A stretch of 64,000 bases of DNA from Patescibacteria group bacterium (GCA_028712155.1 JAQTQO010000003.1:2309-66308), one strand, 5' to 3'. Counted from the first letter of the stretch, positions 45,042 to 57,711 are shown. Notes: generated by a model from the letters alone, not told the origin. Numbers and translations: made by a program.

Positions 45042-47099
45042 ATGTTTCACTGGCCACGGCACAGCGTCGTCGGCATTGACGTGTCCGACCGGACGGTTGA
45101 GGCGGTTTTACTGAAACGGAAGTTCGGCAAACCTTGGCTGGCCGCGTACAGCCGCCAGGTTTTCCCCGCGGGCATGGTGGAGAACGGACGGATCCTCAAG
45201 CCGTCCGAGCTCGCCGAATGCTTGCGCGCGCTTTTGCGCCAGGCAAAGCCCGAGCCGATCCGCGAACGCCTGTGCGTGCTCTGCCTGCCGGAGTCACAGG
45301 TGTTCTCGCACGTGTTTGCGGAGTCGCCGGTGCTGGCCAACGACCAGGTGCGGCGGGCGATCCTTCTGGAGGCCGAGCAGTTCACCCCGATTCCGCTGCG
45401 CGAAAGCTATTACGATTTTTTGCCGCTGGGAAAAGCGGGTGATGCGCAGGAGGTGTACTACGTGGCGACGCGGCGAAGCCTCGTGCACCAGTACCTGGAA
45501 GTCTTTCGGTCGGCCGGGATTTTACCGATCGCGTTTGAGCCGGAATCCGCCAGCCTGGCGCGGTCGTTGACGCGGCGGGGTCTGACGGATCGCGGGGCCA
45601 TGGTGCTGCTGCTGGATGTCGGCGCGCGCACGACCAACGCGCATCTCGTGCGCCAGGGCACGGTCGTGGGAAGTCTCACGATCCCGCGCGCGGGCAGCCA
45701 TTTCACGGCGGCGGTCGCGACCGCATTGAAATTGAAAGAGACGGAAGCGGAGGAAAAAAAGATTGCCTCCGGTTTTGATGCGCAACGCGGTCGGGGTGAA
45801 CTGCTACCGACGCTGGTTGCCGCCGCCCGTCCGATCGTTGAGGAGATCAAACGGTACATCGCGTATGCGGAGGAGCACCGTTCGTTGACCGTGCAACAAG
45901 TCATTTTAGCCGGCGGTTCGGCGCTCCTGCCGGGTTTTCCCGAGTACCTGGCGGCTCAGCTGGGGTTGCCCGTGACGCTGGGCAATCCGCTCCAGCGGGT
46001 CCGGTTGGGGGCGGCTAAATTGCCGGAGCGCGAATCGGTTTTGTACGGTAATGTTATCGGCCTGGCTTTGCGGGGGCTGATGCGCGACCCCGTCGGGGGC
46101 GGCCTCAATCTGCTGTCGCAGGCCCAGGATCGGATTCGCAGCGAGCAAATTCAGCAATTCTTCACCCGGCCAAAGCTTGACCGCAAGCTCATCGGATTGA
46201 TGGTCGCGTTCGGGTTGAGCCTCGCGGTTCTCGCCGGATTGGTATGGTTTCGATACGCCGCACCGTCACCGGCCCGGCGTGCGCCGGTTGATTTATCGCC
46301 GGTGGATTGGCAGGCGCTGCAGGCGCCCCGTACCTATCATCTGGTTTTTTCCTATGGCACCACCACTCCGTCGGAATCTTTATCCGGGCGGTTGCTCGAA
46401 GGAACTTTCACCGTGACCGGGAACCACCGTACCACCGGAACGACTACGGCAACTTTGCTCAATGCGGTTTCCGTGCGGCTGGTCAATGAACGCGACGTTG
46501 AGCAGCCGCTGGTCCTGCGCACGCGCCTGCAGTCGGCCGACGGTAGTATCGTGCGGCTGCCGCAAGCCGTGGTTGTCCCAGCGGACAGTACCCTGGCGGT
46601 TGAGATCCCGCTCGCGGAAGGTGCGGTTCCGCCCAATGGCCGCCTGCGGATACCGGGGTTGCGCGCGGATTTGCAGGATGAGGTGTACGGCGAAGTGCTG
46701 CAAACCGGAACGGGCTCGGACCCCGTGGTGACCGCGGACGACCTCACGGCGGCGCGCCTTCAACTGCAGACCGCGCTCCGCAAAAAAGCGCAGGATACCT
46801 TTGTGCCGCAAGCTGCGGTCGGGGAATATTTGCTCCCGTTCGATATTCCGCTTGGCGAGGAACAGTATGCGCCGGACGCAGCCGCAGGGGCTAAGGTTGT
46901 GGAATTTTCCGCCGCATTGACGCAATCGGTCGGGGGGTTAGTGACTTCGGAGCGGTCGCTGCAGGAGGTTATTGCGCGGGAGTTTGGAATAACGCAGCAG
47001 CAGCTGGAATCGGTGAGCTATCAATTGGAAGGTGTTGACTTGGAGCAACGGCAAATTCGTGTTATAATAACATCGTCACTCCAGGCTGTGGAAAAGTGA
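45042..47099 (+). CDS. pilM: PilM-like actin-fold protein fused to TM helix and extracytoplasmic domain
   Basis: VGIDVS, LDVGARTT, ILAGGSALLPG, GLALRG; then TM and about 270 aa extra domain; start 45033 or 45042. Confidence 0.8.
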   Translation: MFHWPRHSVVGIDVSDRTVEAVLLKRKFGKPWLAAYSRQVFPAGMVENGRILKPSELAECLRALLRQAKPEPIRERLCVLCLPESQVFSHVFAESPVLANDQVRRAILLEAEQFTPIPLRESYYDFLPLGKAGDAQEVYYVATRRSLVHQYLEVFRSAGILPIAFEPESASLARSLTRRGLTDRGAMVLLLDVGARTTNAHLVRQGTVVGSLTIPRAGSHFTAAVATALKLKETEAEEKKIASGFDAQRGRGELLPTLVAAARPIVEEIKRYIAYAEEHRSLTVQQVILAGGSALLPGFPEYLAAQLGLPVTLGNPLQRVRLGAAKLPERESVLYGNVIGLALRGLMRDPVGGGLNLLSQAQDRIRSEQIQQFFTRPKLDRKLIGLMVAFGLSLAVLAGLVWFRYAAPSPARRAPVDLSPVDWQALQAPRTYHLVFSYGTTTPSESLSGRLLEGTFTVTGNHRTTGTTTATLLNAVSVRLVNERDVEQPLVLRTRLQSADGSIVRLPQAVVVPADSTLAVEIPLAEGAVPPNGRLRIPGLRADLQDEVYGEVLQTGTGSDPVVTADDLTAARLQLQTALRKKAQDTFVPQAAVGEYLLPFDIPLGEEQYAPDAAAGAKVVEFSAALTQSVGGLVTSERSLQEVIAREFGITQQQLESVSYQLEGVDLEQRQIRVIITSSLQAVEK

Positions 47100-47228
47100 T
47101 TCCGCCGAGGAATCACTTTGAGTGCAATCGAGGGATCTGTAATTTTTTATATTTTTTGCTAATCAATGAGCGGTTAAGCAGAAAACTTAGCCGCCGATAA
47201 ATGATAACATCATTAATATTCATAACCT

Positions 47229-47747
47229 ATGGTACGTGTAGGCCACTTGCGACGAAAGGGGTTCACGCTCATTGAACTCCTCATTGTCATCGGCATCATT
47301 GCAGTGCTCGCGGCGATAATCTTTGTCGCCGTGGATCCTGCCCGGCGGTTTGCGGAAGCCCGCAACGCGCAGCGCTGGTCGGAAGCGAATGCGGTGCTCA
47401 ACGCGATCCTCAAATGCACGGTGGACAATAACGGAACCCTGCCGTCTGCCGTGGGGAGCGCGACGGCCGGAACGTACTACATGATCGGGAGCGGTACGAG
47501 TTTCGCCGGTTGCACCGATGCACACGCTGGAGCAGGGACTACCGCCGTGATGGATCTGGGGGCCTCCACGTGCGAGACTGGCACGACATTGGCGCCCGAT
47601 TATATCGCGCAAATGCCGGTTGAACCCGGAAGCGGAACCTGGGATCAAACGAAAACCGGTTACTACATCGTCAAAACATCTTCAGGCAGAATCACCATCG
47701 GCGCGTGCGCCGGAGAGCGGAGTGAAACGATCGAAGTTACGCGCTAG
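47229..47747 (+). CDS. Type IV pilin
   Basis: Prepilin motif KG-FTLIELLIVIGIIAVLA. Confidence 0.93.
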   Translation: MVRVGHLRRKGFTLIELLIVIGIIAVLAAIIFVAVDPARRFAEARNAQRWSEANAVLNAILKCTVDNNGTLPSAVGSATAGTYYMIGSGTSFAGCTDAHAGAGTTAVMDLGASTCETGTTLAPDYIAQMPVEPGSGTWDQTKTGYYIVKTSSGRITIGACAGERSETIEVTR

Positions 47748-47770
47748 CTAAAAATTGCTATTCGTACGTT

Positions 47771-47798
47771 CAAGAACGGCCCGGCTGGGCCGTTCTTG
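47771..47798 (+). terminator. Hairpin after pilin
   Basis: CAAGAACGGCCC-GGCT-GGGCCGTTCTTG. Confidence 0.6.
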
Positions 47799-47890
47799 CG
47801 TCACGGCAAATGAGCCCGAGGGGCGTCGCAAATTCAGGGTTTGACTCAGTTGCCACCGGCTTCGTTTCGGGGTATATTTTGAGCAGTACT

Positions 47891-48403
47891 ATGAATCCAA
47901 AAGTTGCCATTGTAGTAGCGCAAGCGGATTTCCGTGACGAGGAATTTCTGCAGACCCGCGAGATATTGCAGCGTTTTGGTTTTATGATCACGGTCGTATC
48001 GGAGACGCTGGAACCGGCGCACGGCAAATTCGGCGCGATCGCGCTTCCCAACCTGACCCTGCAGGAGCTGCGGGCGAAGGATTTTGATGCGCTCGTGCTG
48101 ATTGGCGGTCCCGGGGTGCGGAAGATGTTTGCCATGCGGACCGTGCTGCGGCGGGTCCAGGAGTTCGCCCGCGCGGGAAAGGTGGTGGCGGCAATTTGCA
48201 GCGCGCCGACGATTCTTGCCAACGCCGGGTTGCTGATGGGTAAACGGGCGACGGCGTACCCGACCGAAGAGACGGCGTTGCGCGATCGCGGGGCGGAGTA
48301 TACGGGGTTTCCGGTGGAGTCCGACGGCGTGCTCATTACGGCCAAGGATTCCACCTACACGCGTGAATTTGCCGAACGCATCGTCTGGGCGCTCGGCGAA
48401 TGA
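47891..48403 (+). CDS. DJ-1/PfpI family protein
   Basis: FRDEE, LIGGPG, AAICSAP. Confidence 0.9.
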   Translation: MNPKVAIVVAQADFRDEEFLQTREILQRFGFMITVVSETLEPAHGKFGAIALPNLTLQELRAKDFDALVLIGGPGVRKMFAMRTVLRRVQEFARAGKVVAAICSAPTILANAGLLMGKRATAYPTEETALRDRGAEYTGFPVESDGVLITAKDSTYTREFAERIVWALGE

Positions 48404-48460
48404 GCGGGGACGGGCGGCATTCATGTTTCCTTAATCCGAAGGTGGTACTTTTACTGTCGT

Positions 48461-49102
48461 ATGATACATACCCTTCCAAAACTTCCATTTGCATACGACG
48501 CGCTTGAGCCGCATCTCGACGCGCGGACGGTGGAGATTCATTACGGCAAACACCACCAGGCGTACGTTGATAATCTGAACAAGGCGCTGTCCGCATATCC
48601 CGAACTGCAAGCATGGACGCTCGAGCAGCTTATTTTGCGCAGCAGCGAGGTGCCCGAAAAAATTCGCACGGCCGTGCGCAACAACGCCGGCCAGCACCTG
48701 AACCACTCGCTGTATTGGCAGTATTTGTCGCCGCGCGGCGGCAATCCATCGAGCGCGCTGCTGGCGGGAATCACCCGCGCGTTCGGGAGCCTGGCGTCGT
48801 TTCAGGCGCAGTTCACGCAAACCGCTTTGGCGCACTTCGGGAGCGGCTGGGCATGGCTGGTGGTGCACCACGGCGCGTTGGAAGTACTGAGTACGCCGAA
48901 TCAGGAAAATCCGCTGGTCTTAGGCGCGCAGCCGATTCTTGTCTGCGACGTCTGGGAACATGCGTACTATCTGAAGTATCAGAACCGCCGGGCCGATTAT
49001 CTGGCCGCCTGGTGGAAGGTGGTTGATTGGAATAGAGTGGCCGAAGCATTCTCTGCGGTTGGAGATGCGCCGGGAGCATCGCGGCGCAAGCGCGACGAAT
49101 AA
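48461..49102 (+). CDS. Fe/Mn superoxide dismutase
   Basis: HYGKHH, NHSLYW, FGSGWAW, DVWEHAYY. Confidence 0.95.
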   Translation: MIHTLPKLPFAYDALEPHLDARTVEIHYGKHHQAYVDNLNKALSAYPELQAWTLEQLILRSSEVPEKIRTAVRNNAGQHLNHSLYWQYLSPRGGNPSSALLAGITRAFGSLASFQAQFTQTALAHFGSGWAWLVVHHGALEVLSTPNQENPLVLGAQPILVCDVWEHAYYLKYQNRRADYLAAWWKVVDWNRVAEAFSAVGDAPGASRRKRDE

Positions 49103-49130
49103 TTTGCACAATATTCGCAAGACGTAATTT

Positions 49131-49979
49131 ATGCCACATACCCAACGATTTCGCATCGTGCTCGCAACGGCGTTGCTGAGTACGGTCTTTGGCGGCTGCG
49201 CAAGACAGACTCCAACACCGGGCAACCCCAATGAAAACCCCAGCGGCGGTGCGGGGATTGGAGGCGCCACGCCAACGCCGGCCGGGTCAGTGACGGGCGA
49301 TGTCGTTACTTTTTTTGGCGTGCGGACAAACGTGCTGGTCGGACAGCCGTTTGAAGTGACGTGGCGGGTGCAGCCGGCAGAAAAGGATGCGACGCTCACG
49401 GCTACGTACCTTCACTATGATACCATTTCCCATCCCGGGAGCTTCGGTCCTGCGGTGACCGCGACGGACGCGGGCTATACTTCCATCGCCACCAACTTTG
49501 CCAAAACTTCGGACCGACTTCCCCGCGCGTTTACCATGAAAGTGCCGGCCACCCGTACGGGGACCCTGTATATGCGTGCGCATGCGGTGATCGGCGGTAA
49601 GAATTACTGGTCGTCAGAGGTGAAGGTGGTGGTGATGACTCCAGACGAACTGCGCGGCAGTCAGACGTCGGAGCCTAACCCTTCCGAGGCGCCGGAAGCG
49701 ATCGGCGTTTCGTTCAGTATGACGGCGAAAAACTGGGAATTTTCGCCCAACGTTCTGCGGGTGAAAAAAGGGAATTCGGTCGTGATTTCCATCACCAATA
49801 CGGAGGGCGCCCATGGATTTGTCTTGCCGGATTTTAGCATCGATGAAAAGCTCGTGCCCGGGCAGTCCGTGACGGTAAAGTTGTTCGCTTACAAATCGGG
49901 CGAATTCACTTTTTCCTGCGGCGTTCCTTGCGGTTCGGAGCACCAGAACATGAAAGGTACGCTGATTGTTGAACCGTAG
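49131..49979 (+). CDS. Lipoprotein with C-terminal CuA-type cupredoxin domain
   Basis: Signal ending GGC; HGF..., CGVPCGSEHQNM. Confidence 0.8.
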   Translation: MPHTQRFRIVLATALLSTVFGGCARQTPTPGNPNENPSGGAGIGGATPTPAGSVTGDVVTFFGVRTNVLVGQPFEVTWRVQPAEKDATLTATYLHYDTISHPGSFGPAVTATDAGYTSIATNFAKTSDRLPRAFTMKVPATRTGTLYMRAHAVIGGKNYWSSEVKVVVMTPDELRGSQTSEPNPSEAPEAIGVSFSMTAKNWEFSPNVLRVKKGNSVVISITNTEGAHGFVLPDFSIDEKLVPGQSVTVKLFAYKSGEFTFSCGVPCGSEHQNMKGTLIVEP

Positions 49980-50070
49980 AGTCGCCGCGACCGGCGACCG
50001 TTTGGATGAGCCGCACGTGTGGATGCAAGGTATGCAATATCGGGAATCGCATATATTCCCGCTTACAGCT

Positions 50071-52098
50071 ATGGGAAAAAAAGACTTAACGCGCCCGCGC
50101 CGTGCGGGCGTTACTGTATCGCCGCGCGTTACATCCGCCGACCCCCAGGGCGGCAGATTCATTCTGCGTGCGCCGTTTCAACCGTCCGGTGATCAACCGA
50201 AGGCGATTGCCGCGCTCGTCGCAGGAGCGAAGAAAACCGGCGGCCAGACGCTTTTGGGAGTGACCGGTTCGGGGAAAACGTACACGATCGCGCAGGTCAT
50301 CGAACGCCTGCAGCGGCCGACGCTGATCCTCTCGCACAACAAGACGTTAGCGGCGCAACTCTATCAGGAATTCCAGGAATTTTTTCCCCAAAACCGCGTG
50401 TGTTTCTTCGTGTCGTACTACGATTACTACCAGCCGGAAAGCTATTTGCCGGCGTCGGATACGTTCATCGAAAAAGATGTATTGATCAACGAGAAAATCG
50501 AACAGCTGCGGTTGGAAGCCGCGACGAGTTTGCTGACCCGACCGGATGTCATTATCGTGTCGTCGGTTTCCTGCATTTACGGGTTCGGCCGGCCCAAAGA
50601 CTACGAAGCCGGCCGAATGCAAATGTCCGTCGGGCAGGGGATTGACCGCCAGGAGCTACTGGGTAAGCTGGTCGCCATGCAGTACGAGCGCAATGACCTT
50701 GAACTCAAGCCGGGAAGATTCCGCGTACGGGGCGACACCGTTGACATTCTGCCCGGTTCGGCCTTTTCCGAAATTATCCGGATCCAGCTGGATGGAGATG
50801 CGATTGGTAAAATTTCCAGATTGCTGCGAAGCGACGGTCGCCAGGTCGGCACCTTGTCTGACGTGATGATTTTTCCGGCAAAATCGTTTGTGGTACCGCT
50901 CGAACGGCGTCAGGCCGCCATGACGGCTATTCGGGTCGAACTGGAACAGCGGCTGCCGCAGCTCGGGGCGGTGGAAGCTTACCGCCTGCGGCAGCGCACC
51001 GAATACGATCTGGAAATGATTGAGCAGCTTGGGTACTGCAAGGGCATTGAGAATTACTCGCGGCATTTTGACGGACGCGTTCCGGGTACGCATCCGTTCA
51101 CCCTGTTGGATTTTTTTGATTACGCCGCCAAAAAATGGCTGATGGTGATTGACGAGTCGCATGTCACGCTGCCGCAGGTATCCGGCATGTACCACGGGGA
51201 CTTCGCCCGGAAAAAAAATCTCGTGGACTATGGTTTTCGGTTACCTTCGGCATACGATAACCGTCCGCTGAAGTTTGAGGAGTTTGAACCGTATCTTTCC
51301 CACGTCATTTATACTTCAGCCACCCCGTCCGCTGATGAGGTATCTCGTTCCACGCAAGTGGTGGAACAAATCATCCGTCCGACCGGCCTGGTGGATCCGC
51401 CGATTGAAGTGCGGCCAGTCGCTAACCAGATTCCTGATCTGACGGCAGAAATTAAAGCGACCATTGCCAAAGGGTATCGCGTGCTGGTCACGACGCTGAC
51501 CAAAAAACTGGCGGAAGAATTGAGCCAGTACTTGGTCGCCGCCGGCATTAAAAGCGAATACCTGCATTCTGAGATCGATACCCTCGAGCGGACCGAAATT
51601 CTCCGCAAGCTTCGGTCCGGCATCATTGAGGTTATTGTCGGCATCAACCTGCTGCGCGAGGGTTTAGATTTGCCCGAGGTGGCACTCGTGGCAATACTTG
51701 ACGCCGACCGCGAGGGGTTTTTGCGCAATACCGTCAGCCTGATCCAGACCATCGGCCGTGCTGCGCGCAATGTTGATGCGAAAGTCATCATGTACGGCGA
51801 CACCGTGACTTCCTCCATGCGCGAAGCCATGGACGAAACAAACCGGCGCCGCCGGATTCAACTGGCGTATAACGAAAAACACGGTATTACGCCGCAGACT
51901 ATCCGGAAGGCGATTCGTGAGATGGGGCATGCGGTTGCACCGCGCGCGCCGAAGTCGGCCAAACAGCTTGCCGTCATCATCGAAGATCTCGATATGCAGA
52001 TGCAAAACGCCGCCGAAGCGCTGGATTTTGAAAAGGCGATTGAAATACGCGATAAGATCGCGCAGCTGAAAGCGCAAGTTGAGGTAAATAAAAAATAA
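50071..52098 (+). CDS. uvrB: Excinuclease ABC subunit B
   Basis: GVTGSGKT, YYDYYQPE, DESH, DNRPL, QTIGRAAR, UVR tail. Confidence 0.97.
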   Translation: MGKKDLTRPRRAGVTVSPRVTSADPQGGRFILRAPFQPSGDQPKAIAALVAGAKKTGGQTLLGVTGSGKTYTIAQVIERLQRPTLILSHNKTLAAQLYQEFQEFFPQNRVCFFVSYYDYYQPESYLPASDTFIEKDVLINEKIEQLRLEAATSLLTRPDVIIVSSVSCIYGFGRPKDYEAGRMQMSVGQGIDRQELLGKLVAMQYERNDLELKPGRFRVRGDTVDILPGSAFSEIIRIQLDGDAIGKISRLLRSDGRQVGTLSDVMIFPAKSFVVPLERRQAAMTAIRVELEQRLPQLGAVEAYRLRQRTEYDLEMIEQLGYCKGIENYSRHFDGRVPGTHPFTLLDFFDYAAKKWLMVIDESHVTLPQVSGMYHGDFARKKNLVDYGFRLPSAYDNRPLKFEEFEPYLSHVIYTSATPSADEVSRSTQVVEQIIRPTGLVDPPIEVRPVANQIPDLTAEIKATIAKGYRVLVTTLTKKLAEELSQYLVAAGIKSEYLHSEIDTLERTEILRKLRSGIIEVIVGINLLREGLDLPEVALVAILDADREGFLRNTVSLIQTIGRAARNVDAKVIMYGDTVTSSMREAMDETNRRRRIQLAYNEKHGITPQTIRKAIREMGHAVAPRAPKSAKQLAVIIEDLDMQMQNAAEALDFEKAIEIRDKIAQLKAQVEVNKK

Positions 52099-52147
52099 CG
52101 CCACGGTGAGGTGGCGTTAGACGAAAGGGCGAAACGGGATAGAGCGT

Positions 52148-53461
52148 TCAGGCGAGTGCGCGGAAGATGAACGGTTTGATTGCCAGCAGTTGATCGCGGC
52201 AGGCGTCGATCTCATCCCACGTGAGCTGTTCGAGCGTTATTTCCTCGTCGAGTGCGTCCGCTGGTTGTTCGCCAAGGCGTAATGCCTGCTTGATACGCTC
52301 GTTGGCCGTTCCTGGGTTGAGGGGTTTGTCTGACCGCGAATGATGTCGGCGTTTATTACGGTTTTGGTAAGCGCTCCATTTTGCGGTAGTGAGTTCCTCG
52401 GCCGCTTCCCGAATAACCTGGAGTGCGGTTGTGAAATGATCCCGTTGGACCGGCAGGCGAAACGACAGGCAGCAGAAGTGCGGTTGTATTTCGAACCGTG
52501 CAAGCCTTTGTGCGGAATAGATGAGCCGGTGTTTTTCGCGCAACGCATTGCCAACCGGATTTGCATCATCACCGCCAAGGTAATGACAAAATTTATCCCA
52601 CGCAACACGGGCACGCGCATCGGGACGCGACAGGGGGAAATTGACATTGATGCTATCAATGCGAAAATCCGAGCCGCACAGTTCGATTTCTTTGCCGTAA
52701 GGCAGCGGGGGGAGAACGATTGGTTCGACGGCAGGTGCGCACGTGAGCGTTCCGAAAGCGGTCTCAAGATGCGTCAGCAGCTGGACGCTCGGCGGCAGGG
52801 TGCCGCAGCAGAAAAGTGCGAGGTTGCTCGCGTGGTAGTAACGCCGCTGGAATTCCACTAGGGTCTCCGGCGTCATGTGCTGGATGGAGTCCGGGGTGCC
52901 GATGGGGGAATGGTTCAATGGATGGTCCCCGTAGAGTGCATGCAAGAATTCCTCCAAATACACCCGTCCGCGAAGGATGTGACTTTCGCGGTACTCAGCG
53001 GCGATGACTTCGCGTTCATGGGCTGTGCTTAACGCGTCGATGCGTGGAGCCGTGATGATTTCCGCGAAAACCGGCAACAGGCGCAGGAAGCATTCGGCTT
53101 TGCAGTGCAGGCCGTACTCGGTGTACGTTTGCGAAGTGCGTGCATCGCGCCAATTGCCGCTCGCATCGAATACGGCGGCAAGCGCTTCAAAGCTTGGGCA
53201 GTGCACCGTGCCTTGGTATCCGATGTGTTCGCGGAAATGCGCTGTCCCTAGTGCATCAGGAGGGTCCAGCCAGCTGCCCACGCGGTGTAAAAGCGCGTAT
53301 ATCCAGCACGGTTCATCCTGCTCCTTTTCTATCTGCTTTTTTCCCTCGTCAGCAGACTTCTCCTCCCCCTTTTTCTTGCTGTCATCCTGGTAGCGGCGGT
53401 AGATGTAAACCGGTATACCGTTGCCGAGCGCGTGGCGTTCGAATAGTTCCGACGATTTCAT
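52148..53461 (-). CDS. M16 family zinc peptidase (insulinase-like)
   Basis: GTAHFREH (HxxEH), EREVIAAE, PIGT, YYHASN, LREKHRLIYS; SD AGAAAGGA. Confidence 0.85.
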   Translation of the reverse strand: MKSSELFERHALGNGIPVYIYRRYQDDSKKKGEEKSADEGKKQIEKEQDEPCWIYALLHRVGSWLDPPDALGTAHFREHIGYQGTVHCPSFEALAAVFDASGNWRDARTSQTYTEYGLHCKAECFLRLLPVFAEIITAPRIDALSTAHEREVIAAEYRESHILRGRVYLEEFLHALYGDHPLNHSPIGTPDSIQHMTPETLVEFQRRYYHASNLALFCCGTLPPSVQLLTHLETAFGTLTCAPAVEPIVLPPLPYGKEIELCGSDFRIDSINVNFPLSRPDARARVAWDKFCHYLGGDDANPVGNALREKHRLIYSAQRLARFEIQPHFCCLSFRLPVQRDHFTTALQVIREAAEELTTAKWSAYQNRNKRRHHSRSDKPLNPGTANERIKQALRLGEQPADALDEEITLEQLTWDEIDACRDQLLAIKPFIFRALA

Positions 53462-53531
53462 TGCGGTACGTCCTTTCTGTTCCTGGTTTTGTTTTTTTGC
53501 CGGTCAATTGTCAAGCTACAGCGAATGTGCT

Positions 53532-53560
53532 AGGATATCACCGAAGTTTGACTTTGTCAA
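53532..53560 (-). promoter_or_regulatory. sigma70 promoter for M16 gene
   Basis: TTGACA-N17-TATCCT on minus strand. Confidence 0.7.
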
Positions 53561-53619
53561 GCCAATTTTGGGTATTTCAAGAACAATAAATTACTCTGAC
53601 CTATCAGGAGAGGCGCGTT

Positions 53620-56525
<2,906 letters not shown>

Positions 56526-56526
<1 letters not shown>

Positions 56527-56556
56527 AAAAAAGAGGGGTCGACGCGCGGTCGACCC
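56526..56556 (-). terminator. Intrinsic terminator for 56577..56810
   Basis: GGGTCGAC..GTCGACCC stem with T run on minus strand. Confidence 0.7.
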
Positions 56557-56576
56557 GTGGGAAACGCAAGGTACAA

Positions 56577-56810
56577 CTACCCTTCTTCGTGAGGCACCGG
56601 CTGTAAGGCGGCAGTCGTCAGCTTCGTGCTGCCGTTCGTCCCTGTGCTCACAAGGAAGATCGGGGGGATGGATATCCCCAGCCGGATCATTTCCGTGAGG
56701 GACGAGATGATTTGGAGGCTGCGGTCGCAGGCCGGGCATTTTCCTTTCTCGTTGGGGACGACGGGAACCCGACAGTTCGGGTTATGGCAGAAGGCAACAT
56801 GAACGTCCAT
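56577..56810 (-). CDS. Small zinc-ribbon protein
   Basis: CHNPNC..CPAC; SD GAGGAGG; own promoter and terminator. Confidence 0.6.
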   Translation of the reverse strand: MDVHVAFCHNPNCRVPVVPNEKGKCPACDRSLQIISSLTEMIRLGISIPPIFLVSTGTNGSTKLTTAALQPVPHEEG

Positions 56811-56970
56811 CGCACCCTCCTCTTCGTGGAACGCAAGGTTCTTCCGATTTTAAAAAAATATCCGCTGATGGCGGACGGCGGCGCGGGAAAATTCTGTGCA
56901 GCCCGCCACGTCGAATTTTGTTTTCTCTCCTCTTGTTAAAGACCGAGGTTTACGCACCCAAATTGTAGAT

Positions 56971-56999
56971 AGTCTAGTCCGGCAGTAGTTGGTTGTCAA
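56971..56999 (-). promoter_or_regulatory. sigma70 promoter
   Basis: TTGACA-N17-TAGACT on minus strand. Confidence 0.7.
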
Positions 57000-57054
57000 G
57001 ACTTACCTTGTGGATAGATCAGATTATATTCAAGGGTGGAATCTTGGGTCAATG

Positions 57055-57086
57055 AAAAAAGGGTCGAACCACGGATGGTTCGACCC
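57055..57086 (-). terminator. Intrinsic terminator for 57113..57319
   Basis: GGGTCGAACCA..TGGTTCGACCC + T6 on minus strand. Confidence 0.8.
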
Positions 57087-57112
57087 TCGTATCTTGCACG
57101 GGGATGTGCTGT

Positions 57113-57319
57113 TTATCCCGTGAGATAGATCTGGAGTTCGAAATCGAAGAAGCATCGATTGCAAACCCCTCCGTCGTCGACCAGCCCGCCGCAACTGCAG
57201 CGAACACCTTGGAGACGCGGCTTCTGCCGGATATCCGGGGGCCGTTGTGCCGACGGTTCCGACAGTACCTGCTTTTGCGCTGGCGCAGGTATTGGAGTCT
57301 TCAACCTTTCCATCACCAT
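57113..57319 (-). CDS. Small zinc-ribbon protein
   Basis: CSC..CNRC at C-terminus; SD GGGAG; own promoter and terminator. Confidence 0.6.
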   Translation of the reverse strand: MVMERLKTPIPAPAQKQVLSEPSAQRPPDIRQKPRLQGVRCSCGGLVDDGGVCNRCFFDFELQIYLTG

Positions 57320-57366
57320 TCTCCCAAAATAGGTTGAACGAAAGTAAATAACGATTATTGTGCAGC

Positions 57367-57395
57367 AATATACAACAAATTTTACATATTGTCAA
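57367..57395 (-). promoter_or_regulatory. sigma70 promoter
   Basis: TTGACA-N17-TATATT on minus strand. Confidence 0.72.
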
Positions 57396-57406
57396 GTAAA
57401 CCGAGT

Positions 57407-57545
57407 AAAATAAAGTGGGGTGGCCTCGTAACGAGAGTTACTTGGCCACCCCTGGGGCAGTTGTGGGCTGATTGATTGATGATTGCGGCCGATAGATTGC
57501 CCGCAGCTGCTTTGGAGGGATTTTTCCCTCAAGGAACATTTAGTG
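57407..57545 (-). ncRNA. Candidate small RNA (or 33-codon ORF)
   Basis: Promoter TTGACT-N17-TAATGT (57551-57579) and terminator GGGGTGGCC..GGCCACCCC + T-rich tail (57407-57452). Confidence 0.4.
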
Positions 57546-57711
57546 CCGTTACATTACACCCGTACAGAAATATAGTCAAGGAAATCGTTCATATTTGCTT
57601 AATGATATTCGTGCAAAGGCGTGCATCTGGTACAGGATGTCGCATGACAGCTCAAAAAATGGCCTGGGCGTGGTCCGCTGCACCCGGGCGTGGTAAAATT
57701 CTAACGCCGTT

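Noticed and set aside
46260-47099. Phage tail remnant
   Set aside because: The baseplate-like segment is in frame with PilM and a TM helix, with no other phage genes nearby
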